Below, one piece after another: positions 20,801 through 38,049 of a DNA stretch of 64,000 nucleotides. The translations under genes and the position numbers were made by a program. How positions within the stretch are numbered: position 1 is the first letter of the stretch; the number at the start of each line of letters is the position of its first letter. Origin of the DNA: Macrostomum lignano. Taxonomy: Eukaryota. The notes below the pieces were generated by a model. The model saw only the letters and a program-made list of their open reading frames with translations. It did no database searches and had not been told where the DNA came from. The stretch covers positions 1-64,000 of the forward strand of contig NIVC01000933.1 of assembly GCA_002269645.1 (NCBI GenBank). Direction: 5' to 3'.

Positions 20801-21089
20801 ATTGGATTACATTAGCTCAATTGTCGGAATTATCCTTTAAATATCCTAGCTTTATTGTTCTATAATAAAGAAGGGGGTAACAGTACCTTGCTGTACATTT
20901 CTCGCGAATACATGTAGTTGCAGCCGAAACTGTTCACTCATCTAAAAGAGGAATAAATTCTGAGCAACCCCGTGAAAAAACTAGACCTCTACATGCAACC
21001 ATTTAAAAATAACAGCATTTTGAAAAATGGCCTTCAAAAAAATCTACACCATTCGGGAGTGCAGCGTCCTTCTACTTAAGTAGTCCTTG
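17804..21089 (+). mobile_element. P-superfamily (THAP9-type) DNA transposon, 3286 bp, internally deleted
   Basis: 17-bp perfect TIR CAAGGACTACTTAAGTA extending imperfectly to ~65 bp; exact 8-bp TSD CTAATAAT (17796-17803 and 21090-21097); THAP domain and C-terminal transposase motifs inside. Confidence 0.93.
18876..20080 (+). CDS. Truncated P-type transposase: THAP domain (exons 18876-19007, 19104-19248) plus C-terminal segment (19428-20080); central catalytic region absent
   Basis: MKCCLPKC...SFPKD...W...MGICQKHW (THAP C2CH). LQSDRLEAEFALYRQGHGG and LYYISGYVA match P-transposase C-terminal motifs. Confidence 0.8.
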
Positions 21090-21196
21090 CTAATAATAGC
21101 AAAGAGGAGCCACTTTTAAAACGCATAAAATTCACACGAGTGAAAAATAAAATTAAGTGTAACATCGAAAAGCATTAAAGTAACAATAAAGCATCA

Positions 21197-24100
21197 TCAG
21201 ACATTCGCAAATTCAGCTGCTCTCGATTTCGAACCGGATGAAGTTGCACCGCCAACAGGCGATGCCTGATTACAGCAGACAGCTGTCTCAGCAATGTCGA
21301 ACAGCTCATTCGCTAAACTGGATAAAGTTGTCTGCCACCTGTCCGCCTTCTGCTGCTGCTGCTCCTGCTGTTGCTGACTGTCGCAGGCGTCTTCAGCTCC
21401 GCCACCTTGCTGGTCAAAAGTACGCCGGAACGAGAACACGGAAGAAGTGCGCCTGGACTGTTGCGAACGGACGCTTGAGCAGCGGCTTTGCAAGTAGAGA
21501 CGCGAGTTAGTGAATCTGTCAGCGGCCCGGTCCCAGTGCGACCTTTGGCTAACAATCTCCTCGCTAATGGGATGAACGAATACCGATGGGCGACGAATTG
21601 ATTTCATAAAGGCCGGATAAGCGTCCCAGGATAAGCCGGGCATTATTTCGTCAAAGTCTGACAGCGAAAAAAACACCTCGCCGATGCATCTGTCCTGTCG
21701 CAAGTACTCGTGGTCCATCACTAGAAAGTGCAAGCAGCAGCCCTTCTCGCTGATAAATTCCTGCGGAATACTCGAGGCTTTGAAACTGTACAGAAACAGA
21801 GGATTAGTAGTCTGCTGCATAACAGGCGTGCGGTAATGGCTTCTAGCTGTGAACATTGTCTCAGGCTTTAAATAGGCAATGACGTAGGGATCGCTGAGTA
21901 GGTTGCGATCAAGGCCAGGCAAACTTTTGCAATCAACAATCAGGCATTGCAGTGATAGCATGCCTTTTGCTTCGCGACACAGTCCGGCTTTAATAGTTAA
22001 ATGGCCTAAGTAGTTGCTAGGCGTGCCCATGCTAGAATGAATCAGCTTTGAGTAATACTCTAGTAGAAGACGCTCGGTCGGTTTGGCGTTCTGGACGAGA
22101 ATTTCGTTGATAAAAAAGTAACGAGAATCCCCAGCGAGAACGTCCTCGCTGAGGCCTCGATGAAGAAAAAATGATTTTATTGAAGTCATGTGCTTGAGCA
22201 TCATCTCGTAGTAGCCGGGCTTTTCACCAGACAATAGTGTGTCGGAGAAGGCGGACAAAACACCCGACCAGACAGCGCTGAGCATTCGGGGACAGATAGT
22301 CTCCTCAAGCTTGTCAGATAGCATGCTAAGATTGGTGTTAAGATAGCCCAACAAGCTGTCGATTGAGCCGCGCTTGTCCGGTTCAGTTCGCGTGAAAAAC
22401 AGCGTGTGCTTCAGCACGTCACGGTGCAGCCGCTCGGCTACTTGCCGTTCAATCTTGCGGCACTTCAGTAGAACATCATCATTAGCGTCTTCGATTACAG
22501 ATTCCATGGCTTGAACAAACTGAGGCCTTAGGTCAACTTCATCGCCTCCGGGAACAACTACCTTGTTTAGCGCATCTTCCCAGAGAAATTCTTTTGGCAA
22601 GTTGTGCAAAAACTTTCTAGCGTGCTCGATATTATTCAGCGAGATGCACAACTGATCGCTAACATCGAATTGTTGACCACGTTTGTCAAACAACGAGTTT
22701 GCCTCAAGGATGTTGCATACCTTTTTGGCATAAAAACAGATGCCATCGCAGATACAATCGGTCATCTTGAGCGTGCCAAATACATTGTCAAGACAGCTTA
22801 CTAGATCAATCTCGTTCCATTCTGAGATGATCTTGTGAAAAACGCTGAGCACATCAACTACAGAATTGGAAATCTTGACGGTAGAATCAATCTCAACAAT
22901 GTCTTTCTCAATTTCTAGGGCTCTGCTAATGCGAAATTGACTCTGCACCTTGAAAGTTTGCAACCAAAAGATTGAAGCTTCTGAGAAACACTCGGTCAAG
23001 TTGCAAAGAGACACCTTGAAAATTTCGCGCTCAGAAATGAAGGTACGACAAATTGTTGTAAACCGCTTAATGGTCAGGTAGAGCTTCAGTGAGCGCTTGC
23101 TACTGTCAGTAATATTCGCCATGAAGTTATGATAACGACTCTGGTAGTCATTTAGCAAAGCCATTAACTGACGAGTGTGGGACATTATCAGAGAGTCGAT
23201 TGAAAATACAACAATCTTACGAAACTGAACGCCAATGTGTTCACGAAAGTAGTCATCAACGTAGACACCATTCTCAATTGACTGATATAGTTCGTCTAAT
23301 ACAGAGATCATCTTGTCGATATCCTGCAGCACCAGCTCCTTGTGCTCCTCACACTTCAACTCGCCTATAGCACGCTGAAAGCTGCTCTTGGCATCCGATT
23401 GAATTCGTTGAGTCAGCTTGGCAACTAACTGCGCCTTAGCGGAAAATTTCTGATCCATATCAACTGTTGTAATAAAGAAGTGCTCCAAATTTAGCAGATC
23501 AATAATGCCTGTCAGCTTGCATCGCCAGATTAAAAAGTTCGCCTCAGTAGCGGGAACAATAGTTGGCAGGCTGCTAATGTCCTGCAGTTTGTAGTTGATG
23601 TACAATTCAACCACTGTAAATAGAGTCGCTACGTCAAAATGACGAAGACTGGAGATGACCGATTGAACCTGATTAATTCCAGGCGGGTAATGCATCGTCT
23701 CCAATTTCAGTGCAGCAACCTGGTCGCGAACGAAGGCGTCATTATCAACTAATCGTTTCTCTAGAATAGCATGAAGACATCGAACAAGACGAAATAGCTT
23801 AACTTCTAACGCTGAAAAGTAGGCCACGGATTCAAAGACAGCTAGAAGATTTTTAGACGAAGCCGAAAAGTTGTCTAGAAAATGTGTGTACGATCGTTGA
23901 GCAGCGTTCGGATCAGAGCCGATTGACATCTTGCGATTTTCGAACAGTAGTACACGAGTATACAATAGTTCGTACAGTTGCGCATAACTTACTGGAACAG
24001 TGCAACAATCAGCCTCAACTGGCGCAATTTCCTGTGTGATAGAATTAGCAAAAATGAAGCTAACGTCCACTGTACACGTGCCAATTGTTTTTGCTCGCCC

Positions 24101-24953
24101 GTTACTGGGCCGATTGCCAAGTAGGGCGTCGAAACTGGTGTCTTTGAGTCCTTTGCAGGTTATATCCCTCAATGGGATACTGGTGCAGCAGACAAAGTGA
24201 CTAGCGGAATCGCTAGATGAACTAGACGAATTAAGCGAGCCAGCACGACGCATCGATGGCTGATGATCGGAGTGAAACACAATATCCAAACTAGAAGCTT
24301 TACAATCCAAGCCGCGAAACACGAATACCTGATCAAACTGCCACACAGCATTGGACAGATGATCGATGCGAGGCTTAACTCGAACGGACCGTTGGCCTTC
24401 AGAAAATTCGCCACTACAGCTGTATGATTCAGCAGTAGATGAAGAAGACGATGCGGCAGAAGCGATTGAAAACGATGGCGATTTGCCAGTCTTACTGCGA
24501 CTAGGCCAGAGACTGTTCACTAGACTGGACTTAGACTTGGACGGCTTTGATAGGCACAGACTGGCGTGTAGAAATCCGAGATGGCACTGACTCGTGGTCA
24601 GTACTAAATTTGATAGCCGCACAGCCAAGGCCACTTCGGGTGACGGCTCATTTCGCGCCAGATTCATCAGTTCTAATTGTTGCACATCAGGCAGCGGCAT
24701 CACTGTGAACAGGTGCTTTAAAAGCTGGGCAGACTGCAGTCCCAAGTGAGCGGGTTTTCTGCCAGGCAGATGGGCCAACATGTTGACCAGCTTGTGCAGA
24801 GCGAAGTCTTCCAGCTCGGATGAGACGGAGTAACAGCGGGCATTGCGCCGCAGACAGGCATCAGAATCCATGATAGAGACGGAGGAGTGCAGCAAGCTAG
24901 ATGGCATCAAGCTGCCATAGAACAGCGGAGTAGTCTGTCTGGCACTCCACAAC
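21197..24953 (-). CDS. BAIAP3-like: Munc13-family C2-MHD-C2 protein (BAIAP3/Munc13-4-like); one 3.75-kb coding exon, upstream exon(s) unresolved
   Basis: 1251-aa ORF; FDVSDQLCISLNNIEH (MUN/MHD1), C2B LPGLDRNLLSDPYV...VMDHEYLRQDRCIGE; polypyrimidine acceptor at ~24954. Confidence 0.8.
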
Positions 24954-27294
24954 TAGTGCAAGAACGGTAATAACACAGGTGAAGGCAAGTTGCAAGTCCC
25001 ACGCAATGCTTTTTAAACACTTATGTCTCGCATTTTAGCTGAGGGCTAAAAGCTGATAACATTATCAGCGATCCTCTTACTGCGCACAGTCGAAATCAGG
25101 ACAAGTTAAGCCAACCCACGTAACTGTCAGCTAGGATCAAAGGTAGATAAAAAGCAAGAACAACGAAAACAGGGTAAAAATAAATAATCAACCATACTAC
25201 TCGTTCTTGCAGATACTTAGAAAATCGAAGGCAGTTTAAGACACAAAAACTGACTGTGGAATAATGGTTAAACTTTAATAAAAAACGTCTCGTAAATAAG
25301 GATCAAATAAAACGTGCATAGTGCAACTCAAAAGTAAACTAAAAAGCATCCATGCTACTTACAACAGGCCTATGGTTTTAGAATTGCCTGCAAGTCAATT
25401 CTCTGCAGGTTTCATTTGCCTATAGTGAAATCTAACATTCAAAATCTAATTTGTATTGCACGTTTTTACAATAGGAAACTGCTGCCTGTGGGCCACATGC
25501 AGCCTGAAAAGCCTCTATCTTGCCTTGGGGTCCTTTGGAAACTCTAGAGAAATCTCAGAAATCTAGAGCATTGAGAATTTGTGTCTCTTCTTAGCTCTCT
25601 TCTCTCCTTTCCTCTCTCATCTCATCTTTCCCTTCTATTTCCTCTCCTTTCCTCTATTATCTAGCATACAGCTATGAGTTAGTGTATAATGGCCTTAAAA
25701 GTAAAAGAGTTTTGAACTCTTGATTTACCAGCCTATATAACAACCATTTAATTAAAAAACTTTAAAATAACATTATTTGCACATCAAAGCATATCATTTG
25801 CAAAGGCTTTGGAAATATAGTTTGAGTAATACTTAAAATAGAAATTTACATTAAATAACTGATGACCAACATATTTATTAGCTAAAGAATATCATATTAG
25901 AGCTGGTATTCAAATTCAATCTCTCAAAAAAATTTCCTATCATAATATAGTTGGCTTCCTAGTGTAAAAGTATTGTAAGGTACATTTGCTACTATTATAT
26001 AGAGAAGTTGCTTGTTATTACATTTGCATGCATGTTAGGGTAGGTATACCTATTTCCTATTCTAGCCTTAATATATTGGCATGCAACAGTAAGATAGGCC
26101 TTGTGCATTTTTTGTTTCTTCATTCTCAAATCATGTCTTGAAAATATTATCAATATAATATATCCCTAGCCAAGTTAATTAATATAATAAAAATGGATTT
26201 GATTTTCAACTTTGACACTCACTGTTTTTTGAAAATAGAAAACTGAAGGCCTATTAATATAAACTAAACATCTAAGAATTTGCTTTAATCAGTTTTTCAA
26301 TCTATGTAAAATATTTTAAGGTAAACTTATGATTTTATTTTATTGGGGAAATTATTACTATGAAAACTAGACTTTTTTGAAACTTAAAGCAGACACAAAA
26401 TATTTTATCAAATAAAACTTATTAAACTGATCCAGTCCTAATAAAAATAATAAACAATTAGGCCTATATTTCATGTTTGCATATGGCCAGTTTGTTTTTG
26501 CCATATTTTTATTGCAGACTTTGATGCACATCTAAAAATTTGTATTTATAATAAAATACATATTTAGCTTGTATGATATCACAACTAGCTATTGGTGCCA
26601 TATAAAAAATGAAAAAAGCAAAAACATACTAGTAAAATGAGCACTAAAATAAATAACTAACTTAAGGCAAATGATAAATTGCAAAATAGATAGGCCTAGG
26701 CCTCAGCAAAGGTAAAAAATAGGCATAGAAAAATAAAAAACAAAGCAAGTTATAGAAAAATTCCTAATCTAAATTGCATATTATATAAAAGATAACATAA
26801 ATAAAAAAATTAGTTATATTTTGGTCAAAACTAGGCCAAAGTGATATAGCCAATATGATATTAAAGATTGCACATATTTATCTAAATTTCAACTTATACT
26901 ATATATCCTACTCAAATAATTTTTTTAAATAAGCCTATAGGTAAATATACCATATAATATAAATTTTAGAATTATAATTACTTTGGTAACAGTCAGTTCA
27001 ATGATAGTCAAATTGGTGATATCAAATTCAATTTTCAATGACAAATCAATGAAAAGTCAAATTTCAATGACAGGTTAATTTGGTGTCAAATATATATATG
27101 GAGCATTTACTTTACTCTTCATTATGTTACAGTGGTTTTTCCTCCTACTTTATCAATTTTAATCCCACTAAATGCCACCAAGTTGTTACAGGCTTTTGGC
27201 TCTCTATGAAAATCCCACTGTTATGTCACCAAGTTGTGCTAGGCCTGTTAATTCTGTCTTTCTACTTAATGTACCTTTGTATAAATGTACTACT

Positions 27295-27430
27295 ATTACT
27301 AGTAGCATCTATTTATCTATTTATATTAGTAGCATCTATTTATCTACATATATTGGTAGTGTCTACTTATCTACTTATATTGGTAGCGTCTACTTATCTA
27401 CTTATATTGGTAGCGTCTACTTCTGTACTT
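27295..27430. repeat. 27-bp AT-rich tandem repeat (TAGTAGCATCTATTTATCTATTTATAT), ~5 copies
   Basis: Direct inspection. Confidence 0.8.
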
Positions 27431-28689
27431 TTAGCCTGAGCAGTCTATTGGCACTGTCTAATTCTTAGTCTCTCAGTCCTGGCATTCCAGGATCAGAGGG
27501 TCACAGCTTTATATTTTTCCTGCCCTGAGGCGATTTCTTGCTTTTAGCAGTCTTGAACTCTTCCCAATATAGGGGTTTTTACTATAGAAATGAATAAGTC
27601 ACTTTGGTCAATTTTCTTATCAAGTTTTAGCTATTGAAAGCTTTGCTGCTAGAGCACACAAACAAGTTAGTCTTCTTGGACCACTTGGGGCTTCTATTTA
27701 TACTAAGATTTGGTACAATTTTTAACAAAAATTAATCATGAGAATATTTTCACAACTCAACACTTAAACAAAGTAATTGTATTTTTGCGCGAATTTGAAA
27801 GAGTTTTCTAAGAAACAAAATGTAGAATGAATAGTTTTTAAAAGCATGTATACTGTATTACAAGAGCCTTTCCTCAATTATTCATACATTTTTATTTGTT
27901 TTTTTAAGTGACTACAATTCGCAGATTTATTTCCATGTATACTCAAGAACATTTTCAACTATACACCTCAAAGCAAATTGCGCAAAGATTTTATTGCAGC
28001 TATTGCACAAATCAAATACCAATTGCATGTATATATTAAGTAAGCTATGTATAGAATGTTAAGATTAAATCTCAATTAACAAATAAAAATATGCATAGAA
28101 TAAAACATTAAAGATAAAATCTCACTTTAAAAATAAAAAATAGCAAATAATCAATGTTGGGCACCAGTCCATTAATAAGTGTTAATCCATTAATAAGCAT
28201 TAAGATTTTTCATTAACATTAATGGACTGCCGTTAAGATTTTTTGAACTAATGGATTAACAAATTTGCATTAATAATTTTGTGAGTTAACAACAAATTCA
28301 TTGTTAACATTAATAGCAATGTCAATGACCAAAGATGCAAAGAAAAAACAAAAATATAAGTCTGAAGAGAAGCTACAATCAGATGTATTTGAATTTACCT
28401 AAATGTCTAATAAATCTCTTAATGATGATTATCCAAAGTAACAATTTCTTACTAATGAACTTTAATAATGAATTATGATTGTAAAATTGTGAACTTTATT
28501 GCTTGTACATTAGCATAGATCACTTTGATTCACTTCTTTCCCAATCGTTATTTGTAACTTTCTGTTGCACCTGCTAATGGTACTGAAACAACCTTTGTAT
28601 TTGTATTTTATTATTAACTAATTAGCTTTCAAGTTTCAAATAAATAAGTTATTTCTTTTACCATATGCTTACTTTTAGTAGTATGCCTA

Positions 28690-29180
28690 CCACGAACTCG
28701 TCCTGTCCCCACCCATATGCCAACCGTGCTAGACTCCTGCACACATGTGTGGCTATGGTTAGATTGTGTGAGGCATCTGCTCGAGGCACCTTATCAAGGC
28801 CCATTCGCTGTTCTCAATAGACATGAAACAATAATGACGCTAGAGATCAATGGCTAGCCTACCACGTACCACAATGTTAATCAACCAACTTAAACCAGCT
28901 ATGCTACCGCCGTCACCACCGGAGACCTTTCCAGAGCATACTGTTCTGCCTAATGATTCACCAGTCGCTAATACTCATTCAAGAAGTTCTTGCCATGTTC
29001 GATTTGCCTTCCAGCTATCTATAAAATACTTTAAACCTTCTGTAGTCCTCACCTAACAATTTGATTCTATAGAAGTAGTGCCATGAATCTGTTACCCCAA
29101 ATTTCCCTCCTGTTAATTCTTTGTTTTAATCCTAGAAATACTCTGTTTTGGGGAAGGGGGAGTATCTTGTAGCAGCACCA
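28690..29180 (+). pseudogene. Decayed Gypsy integrase C-terminus plus polypurine tract
   Basis: LDSCTHVWLWLDCVRHLLEAPYQGPFAVL...ING* then, frameshifted, LINQLKPA; PPT GGGGAAGGGGGAG at ~29150 followed by TGTAGC. Confidence 0.65.
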
Positions 29181-31082
29181 AAGCATTAATCATTTATTCT
29201 AGGCCTAATTATTTCTTATTCTATATTTCAATCATTTTAGTTCACCCATAGACACTTCTGTACTATTTGTTGTTTGCCCCAGCACTAAATAGCCCCAACA
29301 CAATGACAAAATATACTTAAAACCTTGCTCTTTTGCTAGCTATCTTCTAATCACTCGTAAACTTGTAGCAGTAGCCTAATGTTACATACTACTACCTATC
29401 ATACAATATATATTCTATAATAGGCCTAAATGTATCATACTGCTAAGACTTACTGCTAAGACTAAGTCACTGAATTTGAAAATGTACCAGGTCAAGTAGC
29501 TAGGCCTATCTATCAATCAATATGACAATAGTGACAATCATTAATATTTTTACTAATAGGCCCCTAGGTAAGATACAGCAGTGAAGCTTAAAAAATGAAA
29601 TTAGCACCCTTCAATAACCTTTAGGACTATACAGCCTACAAAGACAAAATAATAGGCTTATTGTTATTATTGCCTTCCTTGGAGTTGGCTACCTTAACCC
29701 TAATTATGGCTAAGCGGCTAGCTGCGGCTTAAGCCTATAATAGGCCTACCCTAAATTTGAAGAATAGGCTATGGCCCAAAGAAGTGCTCTGCTCTCTGAC
29801 TTCTCCCCTCCCTTCCTCGCCACTGAGTGGCTGCCGCTGGAGGGTCAAGTAGGGGCCTATTTTATTATTGTCGTTGTTAAAAGTAGCAGGGCCTAGCTAA
29901 AGTCTAAAGACAAACTGACAAAGTCTTATTTAAAAAGTATAACACTCAAGGAGATAAATTGGCATTAAGCTCCTTATAGTGGCAGATCTAATGGAAGATG
30001 ACAGCCTACTTTGAGTCTTAGAGGCCATTTCGGAAGATGGCAATTGGCAATCAGTAATCGTGAATCGACATCATACCAGACAGACAAAAACTGATGTTTC
30101 CTAGAAAAACTCGGATTTCACGGCGAATGCAGTTAAAGTTGAAAGTGACTTATAATTACAAATCGGCAAGCAGTACATAAACAAGTACTTCGAGTAGGCC
30201 CAATTAAAGCTTTTAATACTTGCAATTCCACGTGCATCTAAACTTAATGTAAGTCAAATTTCATTAGATTTATACTTGTGTTTAACTTAGTGATAGGCAT
30301 CGTTAACTAGTCTATTTTTTATTATTTACTTTCTTATACGATCTAAGTGAACGTATAATGATGGTGCTAAACGTATAGTGACTGTTGAGCCTATTTTAGA
30401 TACAGGCACTATATGGTGGTATGGTGGCCTATGAATTAAATTTAAGGTTATTGTCACAGATTTCAAGATTTCTTCTCAGGAAAAAGCCGGAAGTTTTCTG
30501 CTACTTAATTTTATTTGCTTTGATTGAACGCTTTTGTTTTTGCTTTTGTTAATGTGCAAATGCGAATCACAAGTTTATGTAGCTCAGTCCAGCTAGCAGA
30601 AGTGACAGGCCTAGAATTGAGAGGCCCTCAAAAAGCTCCATCCATATAGACGCGCGGCCATTCAAATGGTATACTTCGTAGCACGCCGTACGTCGCGCGT
30701 CCCTGTTGTATGTATTTAATTAATGTATATGCATGTTATGCTCTAATCTCTTAGTACATGTACATGTACGATTTTACGTGTACATGTACGATTATCGTAC
30801 ATGTAGCGATCGAATTCGCCCTTAAGGCTGCAGATAATGGCGGCGCTTAATTTTGGTGTTGGCGCCCCTTCCTTGATAAAATCATCCTGCAATATATGAA
30901 TTATGACCGGCAATTCTTGCAATAAAACAAATTCTTACAAATATCCACAATTCTATATGCTCTCCGCGCCTTCCAAGATGACGCAGATATCAGGGGTGTC
31001 GCCACCGTAAAAGCTATTTATGTATTCCAACCTTGTGACCCGTTATATGGAAATAAATAATTATGCCGATCAGCTGGCAAAA

Positions 31083-31835
31083 ACTGAGTGCCTGGGCGCA
31101 AAAATGAGTGCCTACGGCGCTAAAATGAGTGCCTACGGCGCTAAAATGAGTGCCTACGGCGCTAAAATGAGTGCCTACGGCGCTAAAATGAGTGCCTGGG
31201 CGCAAAAATGAGTGCCTACGGCGCTAAAATGAGTGCCTAAAGCGCTAAAATGAGTGCCTACGGCGCTAAAATGAGTGCCTGGGCGCAAAAATGAGTGCCT
31301 GGGCGCAAAAATGAGTGCCTGCGGCGCTAAAATGAGTGCCTGCGGCGCCAAAATGAGTGCCTGCGGCGCTAAAATGAGTGCCTGCGGCGCTAAAATGAGT
31401 GCCTGCGGCGCTAAAATGATTGGCTGCGGCGCTAAAATGATTGGCTGCGGCGCTAAAATGAGTGCAATTGTGGCGCTAAAATGATTGGCTGCGGCGCTAA
31501 AATGAGTGCAATTGTGGCGCTAAAATGATTGGCTGCGGCGCTAAAATGATTGGCTGCGGCGCTAAAATGAGTGCTTGTGGCGCTAAAATGATTGGCTGCG
31601 GCGCTAAAATGAGTGCCTGCGGCGCTAAAATGAGTGTGCCTGCGGCGCTAAAATGAGTGCCTGCGGCGCTAAAATGATTGGCTGTGGCGCTAAAATGAGT
31701 CCCCGCGGCGCTAAATGATTGCCTGCGGCGCCAAAATGAGTGCCTGCGGCACCAAAATGAGTCCCTGTGGCGCTAAAATGAGTGCCTAGAGCGCCAACAA
31801 AATGAGTGCGTGCGTGCCAACGAGTGCCTGCAGCG
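31083..31835. repeat. 21-bp satellite GGCGCTAAAATGAGTGCCTGC, ~35 copies
   Basis: Direct inspection; same family as the array at 50320-50595. Confidence 0.95.
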
Positions 31836-31837
31836 CC

Positions 31838-31926
31838 CACAGATACATGTAATATATATAAGGTTATTATAAAAAGTTATACATTAACTGATAATTAACA
31901 GATATTTAAGTTATATAGTATCTGTG
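31838..31926. mobile_element. 89-bp micro-MITE with 9-bp TIR CACAGATAC
   Basis: CACAGATAC...GTATCTGTG flanked by GCAGCGCC and CCAGCGCC (8 bp, 1 mismatch); removing it restores a satellite unit. Confidence 0.6.
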
Positions 31927-32483
31927 CCAGCGCCAAATAAGCGCTGACAAAATTGATTCTGAAAAAGTGTACACACGTAAAATTCTTGACTTTGTCCCAC
32001 GGACCATAAAATCCATGAGGGGATATTGTAATTCAGCTTTGTTTCTGTCGCAATAGGTTTGGTAAACCACGTGACTGTACTGCACTACTATACTTGCCTG
32101 AGACAAAAGGAAAACAATTTTAAGACAAATTCATAATAGCTTCGACCTACATTTATCGTAGGTGTTGAGCGGAACTCATCTCAGCCAGGTGTTATGGTAG
32201 GCAAGAATATACATTTATGGCACATGTTGTACATGTAAATAGCAAACCTTCAAGGTGCTGAATGAAAACCCTTAATTAACAGGAAAATATTATCGAGCTT
32301 GTTTTTGACCTAATTATTCGGTAAAATACATTCGAAACTTCTGTATTCGAGTATTCATGCATAACAATTAATTAATTAGCCAACTGTTTCCTAGTCTATA
32401 CTCACATATATTTAAATAGAAGCTTTTAGTATAAGCTTCACGCATATTACACTAAAAAATGAAGGCCAAGCAATCAAGGCCAA

Positions 32484-32571
32484 CCAATCACGCCTTTTCT
32501 GCTTGGCATCTTTCTTGGCATAATTCGACGTTTACAACAATTATTCTAAAAGCTTTTTGTTGCTATATAAA
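32484..32571 (+). promoter_or_regulatory. Candidate Pol II promoter of the otopetrin gene (CCAAT 32484, TATATAAA 32564)
   Basis: Canonical spacing, ~420 bp upstream of the ATG; acceptor-like ACACAG| at 32973 suggests a 5'UTR intron. Confidence 0.4.
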
Positions 32572-32991
32572 AAGAGATCGAGTAAGAGAGAGAAACACAG
32601 CTGTAAGAAGACACTGAGTAATCTACAGTTTATATATTTATTCTCTTATCTTCGATATCTTAATTCTTGATTCCATATAATTCTCGTCTATACCTGTATG
32701 TATAGCAAACACTTATTGTACGTACTACATGAACGGGTAGGTACATTCTGAAGCGATATAGGCAGCTATACATTGAGCGCGCTCTAAGCTGCTACCGTGT
32801 ACAGGCCTAAGATCTCTAAACGCTATTTGTGCGCATCGTATTCATCAGATTCTGCAAGCGTATAATAGGTTGGTCTCTCTACCCCGCAGTTCACAGAGAT
32901 ATAAAGCATAAAATCTGTTGGAGTTCTGTTGGCATCTGCCCACTGTGCTATATATTATATTGCTATTACACAGGTTTAGTGCTCAAACATC

Positions 32992-37976
<4,985 letters not shown>

Positions 37977-38049
37977 ACTGGAATTTGGTGTCCCCCTCGC
38001 CTGACACCTACAGTGTTTTGGTATCAACTGATCATGACTCCTAATTAGG

